This document shows, one piece after another, positions 1-13,800 of a stretch of 64,000 nucleotides of DNA. The stretch spans positions 10,050,973 to 10,114,972 of the forward strand of contig OZ037770.1 of assembly GCA_964035545.1 (NCBI GenBank), given 5' to 3'. Position numbers and translations under genes: made by a program. This DNA comes from Bugula neritina. Taxonomy: Eukaryota; Animalia; Bryozoa. Positions within the stretch are counted from its first letter, which is position 1; each line of letters begins with the position of its first letter. Under the pieces are notes generated by a model. It ran no database searches. It worked only from the letters and a program-made list of their open reading frames with translations, and had not been told where the DNA came from.

Positions 1-292
1 TTCAGTTAGCCAACCCAGCAGCCCTTGAGAAAAAATATCATTTAATTTAAAACTTGGATTAAAATGTTTTAAAAAATTTAAAAAAGGTTGATAAACCTAG
101 CTATAGTGCATAAATTTTATAAAAAAAAAATTAAATTAAGTTTTAAAATTCTAGAATTCTATTCTGTTTATTGAAGATGTCAATATGTTGTGCGGCTAAT
201 CTAATTATCTACAAATTTGAGTGTTAACCTGCATCAAAATTGAAAAATGACAAAAAAATGGATATTACAAGCAACAAATAGAAGGAACATAC

Positions 293-800
293 CACCTTGC
301 TGTTTAGGTTTAGCATAAGGACCCTTGGGAGGACTACGGCTCCTACTTCTACGCCTCCTACCACGACTGTCATCGCTGTGAAATGAGTCGCTATAGTAAG
401 TGTCCGAGTACCGAGAATCACGGGATCGTGACCTTGTACGACCTTGAATGGCAAGAATGACTCATTATGAAACTAGTAATTGACAGGAAATGTTCAACAA
501 TATATATGGTATGAATCCTACTACAAGCTGATATCGCCTAGGGTTAGGCTAATATTATGGATACATAACATTTATAATAAAAACTATTCACAAGGAAACT
601 TACCTAATCATAGCTTTTACAGGGTAGATTTAAATCATGCAACTAAAGCAGTGTAGGTAAAAACAAGTAAACGATACACTTGATAATCTATATTAGAACT
701 ATCTATTAGATAAAAAATTACCTCGAGATCTTGGTGTATATGGTGATCGAGTTCGTGACCTGGTTCTGCTGCTATAATATGAGGGACTCCTGGCAGGCAT
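293..800 (-). CDS. 5' exons of an RS-rich splicing-factor-like protein (possibly transformer-2-like); continues beyond the window start
   Basis: Exon 800-722 (MPARSPSYYSSRTRSRTRSPYTPRSR, donor G|GTAATT) joins in phase to exon 442-293 (GRTRSRSRDSRYSDTYYSDSFHSDDSRGRRRRSRSRSPPKGPYAKPKQQG, acceptor ttcaag, donor GTATGT). RS/SP dipeptides are seen directly. No RRM lies in the window, so the Tra2 assignment is inference. Confidence 0.65.
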
Positions 801-1599
801 TTTATACTACTACTAAAACCAAACATTATTATTTATATGTATGCATACATCATTCAGGCTACATGATTCACAACAAAAAATATTTACTATTTTCAAAATA
901 AAATTTAATCACGCATTAAATAATTGTTATGCTAGAAGATTTTCAGCCAAATAATTTGCTCTATGCATAACTTTCAAAAATGTGTTCACTAAGTTACATA
1001 ATAGTCCTAGGTCAACTGTTTTAGACATTTTATCCTAATTAGAAATCGAGATTATAAATAAGGTTGACAAGAAAACTAAGATAAAGTCCTGATATACAAT
1101 ATTATGAGCATAACTAAACCGACACTCGATTCACAGGAAAGTGACTTTAAAAATAAACAATGAGTATAACACCACAAGTTTCATTCCCAAATTGCTGGAA
1201 ATACAATACTCTTAACTTTTACTTCAATTACAACTAAAATATGAGTATGAGTATGAGTATCATATTTATTTTCATACCAATAGTTATAGTGATACTCATA
1301 CTGATATTGATAATAATAATGGTAATGATCCGTGATTGCCAAATTGAAGCTCAAGTGAAACTGAATATTTATATTGTAATTGAATTTGATGAACTGCATT
1401 TGTTCAAGTTGAATTTTATTTTGTAACATAATTATTAATAACCTTAACAGTTAATTTATTAGTTAAATCTATTATCATTATAATTCAATTTTAAATTTAT
1501 GCCTATGATAATGATTATCATTGTCAGTTAAAGTTGATGATTTAATCATTTATCAGATTGAGATTCAACTCTTAGAAAAATAACCTAGACTAAGACTTG

Positions 1600-2050
1600 G
1601 TGTATAGAAGGGTCTTTCAGTTACAAATACCAAAAAAAAATTTGAACGACACGATATTTTACTCCAAAACGAGTATATTTAAGAATAGCAATACAATGTC
1701 GGGAGATTTTTAAGTAATAAACCAACTAACAACGTGGTTTTCGCTGGAATGCACTCTCCCAGGAGTTCTCTTAGCAACGCGCCATTTGCAAATAAGCATC
1801 ATCATGTGATGTCATCGCAAGTGTCACAAATACAAAAATTGGTGACGTCTACGGAAATGTGTCTCTGTGACCTACAATCAATGTAATACTTAGTACGCGC
1901 TTGCTAACATAACGTGAAAGTAGGAAGTCACTAGTCATTCTTTTCTCTATTAGTTAGGATTTATGTTGTATGCTCATTTGGCTCATCTTCACACTTTATA
2001 GTCATCTTTCAATTATTGTCTTTTTAGCAATTTTAAATCCTTGTCACAGT
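1600..2050. promoter_or_regulatory. Putative bidirectional promoter between the RS-rich gene (-) and SH3BGRL-like (+)
   Basis: The genes are head-to-head. CpG is locally enriched, with a YY1-like CGCCATTT (~1780), CRE-like TGACGTC (~1843) and ETS-like CGGAAAT (~1852). The TSSs are not determined. Confidence 0.45.
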
Positions 2051-2054
2051 CGCA

Positions 2055-5000
2055 ATGGGAATAAGAATATTCATTACATCCGTGTCTGCAAACTCAACGG
2101 TACGTAACACTTATTCACTAACATAAACAAGTATTAGTTACAACTTAAAGTTAAAGTGCACTTTGACTTACTCTTAGTTATTACAACTACTACTAGCACT
2201 AACAGTAACAGTGTAACACTAACAATAACCGTAATCAGCCATCAGTAATGTTGCACTAACAGCAACAGTGATGACTAACAGTAACTCTAAGACTAAGTCT
2301 AATGACTAATGAGTTAATCATAATGATTTGACCACTAATCCCATAACGGTAATTGCCAATTGCCATTGGTAATCATTAATGATTTGATTAATCATTTATT
2401 TTTAATGGTTATACTTATACTTATAGTATTATTGTCACTATCATTATGATTATCACCATCACTATGAGTATGACTATGACTATTAGTATTAGTATTAGTA
2501 TTACTATTAGTATCCTTACTGCATACTTACTATCATACTACTGCTACTGCTACTAGTACTACTTTTACTACTAATACTGCTATTAATACTACTGCTACTG
2601 CTACTACTACTGTTACTACTGCTATTGCTGCTGCTGGTGGTACTACTACCGCTGGTAGTAGTAGTATTAGTAGAGTAAACAGCTACGGGCTCACTGCATG
2701 TACTGCAACTTGAACTACTAGTAGTTGTAGTGGTAGTAGTAGTACTTAGTTACTGTTAGTATTAGTATTAATGCTAACTGCTATGACATTACTATGAGTT
2801 GTCGGTTCTAAATATTGCTATTTACTTATGTTAATACTATTAGTATTAGTATTAGTACTATTATTAGTATTGCTATTGCAGTATTAGTATTAGTTACTAT
2901 TAGTATTACTTTTTAGTCCCGGTACTAATAGGTCACAGTGCTACTTTACAGTCTACACTGACCTCTACTGTCAGAACAACTACTAAATTTCATATTTAAA
3001 CTAAACCGGAATGCAATATGAATAACTATGGGCATAACCAAGTCCAATGCAACTTGAACTACACTCCTAAGAACAAGTATATCAATATTATTATGAATAG
3101 GAATAACTCAGTATGAAATAAAAATGTACTCAGACCAGAAAAATTAGTATACATTATTTAAGTGATGATATTAGCAGCACTTAATATTTTTAATATTTGC
3201 TTGAAGTTGATTTAGCTGACTAGTGAAACTAAAAGTAACGGGTCACCAGTAATCAGTGATGAGTAATGAATAATTATCATTACGGTAATAGCTTTAGTTG
3301 CTCATTAATTAAGGCATTAATTGAACCATTAGATTTACATACTTTTAGCTGTAGTGGGCACATTGATGGTCAGTTATTGCCATTTGTGTATGCAATGATT
3401 AAAGCTATGAACCAGTGCAAACTTTTACAATGTTGAATTCTTGAAAGTTCAAAGGGGATATGTGTGGACAAAAACCTTTGTACCTGAGGCTGAAATTGCT
3501 TATAGTTCAAATTATACCTGGTAGTATCCGGTAACTAGTTGAATAAAGAAGCTTTTTGAGTCATCACCATAGTTGAAAATATTTGTTTTATAAAAATACT
3601 AACACCTTAAAGATCAGCAGTTACTACAAGTTACAGTAGCATTCTGTCAAGTTCCAATTTAAGCTACATTTGTCAGTATTTCAATAACCATGAAGTATGA
3701 ACATAATTTCAAATTTAACTTCCAACAGTGGCAGTATAACCACATAAGTTTACGACAGACTGGATTTAGTTTCACCTTTATTATACAAGTGTCAAATCCA
3801 GCAGACTAATTAATTCAAAACAGTGTTCGGTTTTTAACTTGTTCAGATATCATTTAAGAATGTCAACATCATCCATTTTGGTGCTGAGTAAAATTAATAT
3901 GATTAATCCTAATTTTAATTGTCAACTGTGTGTCTAAATAAAAGTCTAGCTTTTTTCTTATATATTCTATTACTAAAACTAAATTTCAACATCAAAAATT
4001 AACTAAGCTATGATAATTACCCCTATCACTTTATTTCCAAATAAGGGCATAACTGCTGTGTATTATCTGATTAGGATCACATTTGCTATTTGTGTACAAA
4101 GTACAGGTTGTGAGTAATGGTATATATTATTGTTCACACTCCTATAGTAGCAAGTACATTTCCATGGCTACAATAATGCTGTAACTATAAGTCATCACCT
4201 CAGTCAGTTTATAGTCATAGCCTATTGTTGATAGTAACCTTGTCTAAATGATCATTCTCAAACTTATCTTACATCTATCTTAGTATGATATCTTCCTATT
4301 AATTGGTAATTATGTTATCCAATATATTAGATAATGATGTCTATGTAATTACATCACTTCAGCGGTCATTATTTTTTGATAACTCTAGACCATTTGACTT
4401 TAGTCAGCATTTCCTTTCTGTGGACAGCTGACTTAGGTTGTATAGATCAAGCTGGTTGGTGTTTATGTTTTACACATGAACGCAATTGTAGACAATGTAG
4501 AGTGTTTAAAGCTCCAGCCTGCACAATCTCTCTAGGTTGTATATACATATATACATTAAAATAGTGATTTTGGTTGTAGTGAATTGTTCTTTAGTTTTAT
4601 TGGGTATAAGAATATACACTTGTTTTTTACTGCAACTCTTTCTTAGTTTTCCTTCAAAAGCAGTAAATTGGTTTCTTTTCATATATTTGAAGGTGAAGAA
4701 ATGTCAACAGCTAATTGTAGATGTCCTCACAGCAAAGAGTATTCCCTTTGAGCTGGTCGACATTTCGGCTCCTGAAAATGAAGAATTGAAGATGTTTATG
4801 AGAGAGAAGGCCAAGCCTAAGGAAGGCCAAGTCAACCCAATGCCTCCACAAATATTTTCCGATGACGAATATCTTGGGGTTAGTATTTAACATTGCCTAC
4901 TGCATCCACTATGATTTCCGTTTATGTCTTGGTGCTCGTTGTGGGAATTTTTAATTCCAAATTTTAAAATAATTTGCAAAAATCATACTTTTACTTCGAA

Positions 5001-5243
5001 TGGAATGTTCTTTTCAATTTTAAGAAATAGATTGTGATATTTCCTGTAATGGTTTGTAAGTAACAGCTTGAAGTTATTGTTGAATTGTTTTGGTTTTTCA
5101 TGTTGAATAAAATATCACTTGTCATTCAGGACTACCAGGCGTTTGACGAGGCAGTTGAAGACAACTGTCTGGACGTTTTCCTCCAACTGGCCTCGGCAAC
5201 CAAAACCTCTGAGGCTACAGTCACTCTCGGAGTAAGTTTTTAG
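2055..5243 (+). CDS. SH3BGRL: SH3 domain-binding glutamic acid-rich-like protein (thioredoxin-like fold), 114 aa
   Basis: Exons 2055-2099 (MGIRIFITSVSANST), 4693-4878 (VKKCQQLIVDVLTAKSIPFELVDIS...PMPPQIFSDDEYLG) and 5130-5243 (DYQAFDEAVEDNCLDVFLQL...*). All junctions are GT-AG, phase 0. PPQIF...GDY..F.EA.E...L..FL.L is the SH3BGR family signature. Confidence 0.92.
2170..2930. repeat. Low-complexity 3/6-periodic tract (TATTAG, TACTAC, TATGAC) in SH3BGRL intron 1
   Basis: Seen directly. Confidence 0.8.
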
Positions 5244-7859
5244 CGAATCCACTTCTTCGCTGACTCTATATTTGCCTGTAAACTTTGCCATCTCCACAGT
5301 TTTAAATAATTGTTGAATCCGAACTCATGCTCACTCAACTCCTGTATCAAAGTTTTATCCAGTTTATCTAGAATTTATTTCTGTTATTATCTGAGTTTAG
5401 CAGTCTTAGCCAGTTTTAGAGACTGACAATTAGCGCATTTCAGAGAATCACTAACAGCATTGAAGACTTGTTCAATTCACTTAGCGTAGAGTCTAGCACT
5501 ACTACTAGTTAACTGTTAAATTCAGTACTATTGCTTATTGGTAACCACTAAGTTTAGTAATAGTTCTACTAGTTAACTACAACAGTAAGACTTATGGTTA
5601 ATGGCAGTGGATATTATTACTCCACGTAATTTTTAAGTTTCAAGTACTCTGTAAGACATTGCTACGCTGACCTGTTGGTGCGAATAACTGTGTTGTATTG
5701 TGTCAAGGGAAATCATTGAACATAGTAGTGCAGCATTATGGAGTTGTAGCTTCAACTTCCACATACCTTCCATATGTCCACGAATTTACACCACTATCTG
5801 TATATTTCAGTAAGAAGCCTCAAACATGCCGTCTCCTTCCCAGGATGCAGTTTAGAACTTTCCAGAATAGCATAGGTTTACAAGTTACTGTAACCTTGAC
5901 GGTTTTCTATAAGATATATAATCTATGCTCAAGTGAACTAATTTCTACCCCAGGCTCTGTACTGCTGAACAGTGTGTAATATAGTCGTGTGCTATACACA
6001 TAAATAATCTTCAGCAGACGTAATGTGCTCAAAGTTAAACTAATCATAGTTATAGAAAGAATATTATATATTGGTGTTTATTGTATTAAAACTAACCTAT
6101 TTTTAAGATATTTGGTTTATAAAAGATTATATTTGGTTACAAATAATTCCATTTTGTTATTGACTGTCTATTCCATTGTACTGCTAGAATTCCCCTGTTT
6201 TAAAGTGTGCAATAATTGTTGTCCTTCCTTTATTATTTCTACTATATTGCTCTATAATCTTTTTCTATTCCGAGGTCTAAATACATTTGGTGAAAATTTG
6301 CTACGTGTTTCTAAATCTAGATGGCAAATGATTTCACATCAGCATTATACTGAGCACCAAAAAGTTGTTTTTTGGCAGGTTACATTAAATACATGTAAAC
6401 AATCTGATATGCAATGATGGAAAATACAGAAATAATTGTCCTACCAAGTTGTTCACTTCTACAGTAAAGATAAATTAGTGGTCAAACAATAATTTCGCTT
6501 GATGGTTTTTGCTGACATGAATCTTGCCCAATGTGTTTAGACCTTTGAGGTAGCTGCTCTGTATTACATTGAGTAGATAACTCCTGCTTTGAGCTGAACG
6601 CTATTTGTCTTAATGTTTTGTTAAACGTCCAAATTTGCATTTTTTTTTTTTCTGGTTTTGTGTTTATTTTTCCTTAGAAATAGGTTTTCAACAGGTTGCT
6701 TATAGCTGCTTGCTTCTTGTGACTATAGTTGGGTATTGCTAATTATATCTACTCATCTATGAAAGTTTATATTACTTGGGCATTTTATTGTTATTAATTA
6801 TTCTATTAGAGGCATTCTTGAAGATAATATGTTTTAAAAGCTGGTTTTAAAAATAGACTACTTATCTTTTAGAATTTACCATGATTTTATGAACGCTTCT
6901 AATAGAATTATTTTAAACTATTTTTTACATTAAAAACAATAAATGGTAACATGCCCAGTAAATTACTATGCTTATATATGATTGCAAGGTGATACACAGT
7001 TTAAGTTGAACTGCTCACTGTAAAGACAGCAGTATAGTTTGTTATTTATTACAAATGCCACAGTTCTGTATTGAATTCAAACACTGTTATACAGCAGAAT
7101 ATAATACTTGTAGTACAAAAAGTTGGCTGCTGTCTTTCCAATGACAGGTTAAACTTAATGTCATTTTTCTCAGACAGCATAATTTTAACAAAAATAGTAT
7201 TAAAATTTTCATTGCTTAGTTATTGAGCAAATGCAAGCTTAGTAGGGGTCCATGCAATGGTATTTAAAAAACACATAAAAACTGACACCAAATTTGAGTT
7301 TATTTGAAGTTAGATTGTAAAAATTATTGCGTTAAAGTGCAATAGAGCCTCATATTGTTGACGTGCTAGTAGTATGGTCAGGTTACATGGCATGCTGTAC
7401 AGATGCTCTCAATTTCAACAAAGTGTGTGTTGGTGAGTTAACCAGTTGTTGCAATACAGCAAACTATAAACAGTTTAATTTAGTCAATGAAATAATTGTT
7501 TTTCTTCTAAATAATTTTATTTGTAATCCACCAACAAGTGGTGGAATATGAAATTACGACATAATAAAGTAACAATCATGATAGCTGAGAAACTGCTATT
7601 CAAATGCTGAATGCAGGTTTTTACATAAATAGTTATTTTCATTTTGCACAACGAAGAAAAAACCTCTAATATTTCTATCTTACAAGAATATTTTTCTTTC
7701 AAAAGGCAAGTCATCAATTAATGCATAACACAAGGCAATATTGGAAAATTTGTAGACTAATAAGAAATTTCATATCGTCTGCTCATCGAGATGGGTGAAA
7801 ACCAAATGGCAGTAACGTGATATAGCCATGTGTTATGTGAGATGGGAGGCTACAGTAAT

Positions 7860-10800
7860 TCATGACTTATCTCTATTCAGACACTGAATAAACTCTTCGA
7901 GCTTGTCTTGAATATGTCTGACTCGCTCTACAACAGGAAATGAAGTCATTGCAGCAGCCGTTTATTACTAATGTTGGAAATTCCGAAATGATTCATGGTT
8001 TATCAATTTTCTTAGAAATATTACTAGATTAAAACATTTACAATTAAAACATTTACTATTAACACATACAATCATGGAAATTAAGAAATGATTTATCTAA
8101 TTATTTTAGAAATATTATTTTAGAGTCTAGACTATTACAAATTCTACCATCATTGTTGAAATCAAAACAAAATATTTCAAGGAATCAGACTAATTAGAAC
8201 TGATATCTTACTTAAATCTTCAGCTAGCTTTACTCTACGCCCGGATATGAGCTGCTCGAGCTTGACTTTATCTTCTCCAAAATCATCCAACACCTCCTTC
8301 ATAATTCTCTCTAGTCGACGAGCTGTGTGAATATTGAGATATGGAGCTGGGCATGACATACAAAACTCTTACTTGCTTAAGGTCTACACCCCTGTGAGAA
8401 CCTCTGGTGGTAAGGGTTATGATAATATCAAGGAGTGCAGACTTCAAATATTTAGGATGTATTTGTAATGTCAGGAAGAGAATTAGATCACAATTTCTCC
8501 TGTGCCACAGTACACACAGTCTTTAGCTCAGTTGAAAAAACCCTTTCCATCCGAGTATAAAATCCAACAACCACAAGCAGTGCATGGTACAATTACCCAA
8601 GGAAAGGATCAGAAAATATAAATTTATCAGCTAGAGACTAAATTTGTGCTCCTAATATCGATGGAAAGCCTGAGAAATGTATAAGATAATAAATTACATA
8701 ATGTGATACCAGCATACATGTGGTAAGAGTATAACTAGTCAATGTATGATCTCCATTCCAAACATATTACTAATACAAAATCAATGTAGACTTCAAAAGA
8801 GATAATTTTCCTATAACTTTCCAGATGGCTGCAGCCATAGCCACAATCTCAGTTATACAACATTAAATTCAACAGACGACTCCTTTAGTAGCCTTAGTTC
8901 ATCTCATATTCCAGGGCTGTCGGAGGGGGCCTACAGCTACCCGCACATGCTGTCCCCGATTTGTTTTATTCAAGATTTAATTCTTAGCTTCAATAAAGCT
9001 AAACTAACAACCTTAACTAGATGAGAGAAAACTAACATGCAAATTTCATGTCAATGTAACTTCAACAAGCCATGAGAAGTTGTTACGTCTAAACAGACGG
9101 CAGAGGATGAGAAAAGAGTTTACCTTCATGGTTGGTGACTTGCTGCCTGAGAGCATTGCTGGTAGTCTGCATCATCTGCTGCACCCTCCAGAATAAGAGA
9201 ACATCCTTACAGTCCAGCTAGAAGGAAACAGAAGATATCATTACGTTGGTTCAGTAGTAAAGTAGCCCTCAATATTGTTGTAAGAGTAGTATTATCACTG
9301 CAGAGCAGCCGTGGTCTGCCTAGTAAGCACAAAGTCATGGGTTTGAGCCCCGACAAAGACCATTAGTGATGTTAGGAAAAGCATCCAGTCATAATTGCTC
9401 CTGTGCCTCATTTAAATACGTCCTTGGCCCACTTCATAAAAAAACCCATTCCATCAGGGGGTTCTCACAGAGATGGCGACTATAAACCTGTGTTAGTAGT
9501 ATTAATACCACTACACTGCAAAATTTTCCTGGCCTTGATTTAGTAAATACTGCACACAATTCCTATTAACAACAGTGCTGTAATCACACTGACCTAATTA
9601 CCAGCAACTACATGTTAGGAGAAACATCTTCACTTCCACAATACAAACGGCTGACATGTTCTATCTGCTACGACGGATGTGTCATGTGTAGGGAACAGAG
9701 AAGGAAAGTCCAACTGGACACACATCAGTGCACATGTCACCCACATAGATGACACTGCAAGCAAGGTGTGTGTTACACAGTACGTACCCCGCATTGCTCT
9801 GGAGTCAGACCTTTCTGGTAGAAACCGAAAGCCTTTCTGCACATCTTAGCCGTGGTTAGTGAATGATTGAGAAACTGTTTCCTGTATACTTGGTACCAAG
9901 TCTCTCTGATCTGCAGGAAGTCACGCAATTACATGAAGTCACACAACTATATGAAGTCACACAACTATATTATGAAGTCACACAATTACATGAAGTCACA
10001 CAACTATATGAAGTCACACAATTACATGAAGTCACACAACTATAAGGCAAGATACGGATAGTACTCGGTCGGCATGTGCAGAACATTTTATCAACACAAG
10101 GCAATTCATTTCAAGCTGATTACCTGACTATGTTATGCAAGCAGTTGATCTTTAAAAAATATGCACATCAATGATTCTAAACTTGATTGATAAAATCCAT
10201 TTTGCTCATCTAAAAATTTCTGGAACTACTCCAACAAAACCTAGACACTCTCCAAATGATATTGTGATACAGATTTTTAAAAATTCTTTGAAAACTTTAA
10301 AACTTATTTGTGGTAAATAAAATGTTTATCTAATTACAGATTCCAAGATTAATTATACAAAAACATATTTTGGCTTATTATTGCAGGTTTTAGACTAAGT
10401 TCCATTACTGCCAATTAGAGTACAACTCACTATTGTTAGAAGGCGGTACTAACGTTAGAAGGCGGTACTAATGGGAGAAGGCGGTACTAATACTCACTAG
10501 ATCATCAGACGCCTCGACTTTTTGCATCTGCAGATTTTTCCTAATAGCTGTCATCTCATCGGCAGAGAGCTGCGACTTTCTAACCTTTTCATGTCCGAGA
10601 AGCTTTTCTAGCTCATGTTTTATTGCAAGGGTACTGTTTTGTTCAGGAGTTCGTGACTTCCACGACGTCCACTGCGTGGCCCATCCTGGTCCAGTCATCT
10701 CATTTAATTTCTCATCAGCTGGAAAACAATATTTATTGGCGGCATAACTTTACAATTTCAGCAAACTTATCCATTCAAATACCATGAAAACTCAATTTAC

Positions 10801-13800
10801 ATTTTATTTGCAATGAAACTAGTGAAATGGAAAGCGAAAAAGCCAACAGTTTTATATGACGAAATGCTGATGTTACATGATTAATGTCTCCCATATTAAG
10901 TTGGATACCAATAACATGCTGCATACTGTGTGGTTTAATGCAGTAGATGTGATCAGATAACAGCTGGTAATACAAGACTTGATAACAAGTAATAATACAA
11001 GACTTGAAAGTAAGTTATGATACAAGCTGATAGGAGCTGGCAGCAGCATATTTACCCTGTTTGAGCATATCCTGAAGTGTAGTTTCCATAAAGACCACCG
11101 AATCCTCCCACTGCTGTCGACTGTTAATTGACCTGTCCTCCAGACAAGACTGCTGCAGCACCCTCAGACTCCCTTCTGCCTTGCTGTCCCACTGGTGTCT
11201 CTTGAACACCTGGCAGGTAAACAGACATCTAATAACTGAATGAGCAACTATTAGCAACTATGGTGCAGTCTGTACGTAGAGGTCAGTTTGTACTAAGAGG
11301 TCAGTTTGTATGTAGAAGTTAATTTATATGTAGAGGTTAATTTGTATGAAGAGGTCAGTGGAGAAATGCAGACGTTTTGGTAAGAACTAGAAGAAATATT
11401 CTCAAAATATTAAAACTTGAAAGGGAAAACTGAATGAAAAGCTTGAATAAGAGAAGATAACTATGACGAGTTGCTTTACTTCCAAAAGGAACAAAAATAG
11501 AATTGAAATACGGAAATATAAGATTAGGGGAAAATCGAGAAATGAGGAGAAAGATCATGGAATAGAGATCAGGGGACAGGAAATAGAAAACAGGGCACAA
11601 ACCTCCCAACACAACCACTTCACTGGACAGAACTTGCTTTTCAATTTTCTTCATATTAACAGATGTAATGCCCAGTTATATGAGAAAACACACAAACATG
11701 TAGTATTACTAGTATTACTAGTAATACATGGTACCAGATAGAGAGGATAATTCGCCACTTACTTCCTCTATGACCGCCATCTTGAAAGGTTCTGTAATTG
11801 ATAAATCTGTGTCTTTATTTTCATTAGAGTTACTCTTCTTCAACTCTTCTATCAGAGATGAGTATCTGCAGAACAAGAGTTGATATACAGCAGAAGGAAA
11901 AGAATATCTACAGACATAAAACCATCTACATATTTACTACAGTAAAATACTATCAAATTGCTCTAGAATATCAATTTATTAAACTTTAAAAAACCTGAGA
12001 GCATTTGAAGCTTTTTTGACATATTTTGTAGAATTCTGATTTTTTTCAAAACTAAAAAAAACCTGTAATAAATTGTTTTATTGTGATTAAAAAACAAAAC
12101 TCTCTTAAGCTCACCAATATTCTTTATTACACTGCTTTATTCTGTTTTAGAGCTTTTTGCTGCATTTAAAAAAACTTTAAACCGACAGAGCTAATCTGAA
12201 GCACACTAACCTTTCTTTGAGAGCATTGGATCCAACGTCTACAGCGGTTTGAGGTAGAGATTTGTCTGACCATTGCTTGAGTTTAATGTCTATGGTTGTG
12301 TTAAATGTCCTGAATATATCAATATAAAAGGTTAAAGGTCATTAGCATATATAGCTATGACAGGTCAGTGAACTAGCAAATCTCTTGTTCAGCATCAAGA
12401 CAAGAAAATGCCTTTAAATGAAATCAGGAGAAGTATATTTCACACTTCTAAAGGACACCACAACAAGTACAGAGCACTGACTGTTAGAAGCATGTCATCC
12501 ATCAGTTTCTGATATCCTACCACACTAACTGGTAGCCACTCAACATAGTAAAATCCTACCCTAGGTTAGAAGAGGAAGCGGCTGGTAAATATATAGCCTC
12601 GAACACGTGGGTGCAGGTCTTATCCCACAGTCTTTTTGTAAACTCATCTTCCCTAAAACAGAGAGTCAAGCTAAAAAACTACTTGAAGTGTAGTGTTACT
12701 TTATAGATATAATACAGCATGACACCAATACCATAAACACAGCCAAGTCAATATATTGATAGTTTAGAATTTAGATGTATTGCTAGTTAGCTAAACTGAT
12801 GGTATATGCTAAGTACTATATAAAGGAAGCTAAATGCTATATAAAGACAGCGACATGCCAATATAGGAGTTTGAACTTTCACAGCATCTACAAACTTAGT
12901 GGACTGAGCCCTCATCTGCTGCACTACCAGCAATTAACATTAGAAAGGACAGCTGAACAGCAAGCTTAATAAGAACCACTCTAAATTGCATAGATGATCC
13001 TTTCAAGAATCCCTGACACACTACATTTATGCAGTATTAAACAATTCCTATATATCTTAGCTTTTATTGTTCAAACAATGTTGTTTTAAAACAAACATTT
13101 CTGATGATGTTCTCATTCGGCAATGGAGTCTGTGGTATTATAAAACTGATACTAAATATTGCTGACTTCCTTTGCATTCTATTCTTAGCTGCTGCAACAC
13201 ATGGCTTAATCACTGTACTGGCCCAAAGGTTTGTTCTAGATGATCATTTCAACTGATACAATATAATATCCGCATTTAACAACTAGACAAATTTCTACAA
13301 CCAGCTACAGACTTGAAATGACTATTACCATAGCAATAGCTTCCCCTCATAGTCAATGTAGTAAATATAAAAGACATGAAACACCCACCACTCCTTGCTC
13401 TGTATCTGACTGAGAGAGACCAGCTGGTCCAGGAGCTCCCCTTTAGCTTTCTCAAACAGATCCAGTCTGTCTAACTCTCTCTGTCCAGGGTACGTGTTCT
13501 TCCACTCCGTCTCCAGATTATACCTCGTGGCTAAAAATTCAGCAATATACACATTGTAGCAGCCAGAACAATCAACAGAATGCACAGGGTTGCAGCGCAG
13601 CAAATACTGGAAACAACATAACCATGGGTTCCCTTTACAGCTCAACATATGTGATGATATAGTACTGTAGCCTATGAATTGTGGCTCATTTGAACGGAAT
13701 CATCTATAAGCAGCCCCGAGTTGGAGGTGACTGAGTGCAGCAGTTTGGGGTCTCAAGTTTGGAGTTGGAAGTTCAAACTCCAAACTCAAGAACCCCAAAC

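Noticed and set aside
224-454. 76-aa ORF MPFKVVQGHD... in the track
   Set aside because: Wrong frame. The spliced RS-rich frame over the same bases has matching splice phases.
1181-1429. Hydrophobic Ile-rich ORF (+) and Tyr-rich ORF (-)
   Set aside because: Both are by-products of the 3/6-periodic low-complexity tract.
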